Below, piece after piece: positions 63,744 to 64,000 of a stretch of DNA of 64,000 bases. The DNA comes from the human T2T-CHM13v2.0 reference genome, Homo sapiens. Numbering within the stretch: position 1 is the stretch's first letter; every line of letters begins with the position of its first letter. The stretch is taken from assembly GCF_009914755.1 (NCBI RefSeq), contig NC_060935.1. One strand, 5' to 3'. The notes beneath the pieces are model-generated. The model was not told where the DNA came from and made no database searches. It was given only the letters and a program-made list of their open reading frames with translations. Made by a program: the position numbers and the translations under genes.

Positions 63744-64000
63744 GTATGAACAGAATGATTGAAAATAAGCCTTATTGTTTCTTCTGACATCACATTCTCC
63801 TAAAGAGAGGTTTTGGTGACACCTCAGAATTTCAACAGAATTTCTTAGAAATTTTGCTCTATGTTAAAGAAACTAAGAAATACTATTTTACTGGGATGTG
63901 TTATGTTGCTCATTAACTGGTTTATTTTTCAGTACAGTAGCTTCCGTAGCACTATGCAAAGATGTTTTTAAAAGATGAAATAGAGTTTTAGACAAAAGCA

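Overview
Hominid, almost certainly human, genomic DNA. It is an AT-rich, LINE-rich stretch inside the contactin-5 gene (CNTN5, + strand). Five phase-consistent GT-AG coding exons (11043-11201, 26374-26523, 52907-52977, 54444-54678, 63634-63743) splice into one frame encoding fibronectin type III repeats. About 38% of the window is LINE-1: a full-length L1PA7-like copy, a full-length L1PA2/3-like copy (ORF1 and ORF2 broken, antisense ORF0 intact), an internally deleted L1PA13-15-like copy with both ends, a near full-length antisense L1MA and two 3' fragments. Alu, L2, MIR, MaLR LTR and hAT MER elements are also present. Most ORFs in the supplied track are L1 fragments or chance ORFs. I see no clearly new biological system. 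The best leads are the intact ORF0/antisense promoter, read-through stops that could give anchor-less or re-anchored CNTN5 isoforms, the doubly deleted L1 and the L1 architecture around the symmetric exons. Repeat subfamily names are from recalled consensus sequences and should be confirmed with RepeatMasker/Dfam.
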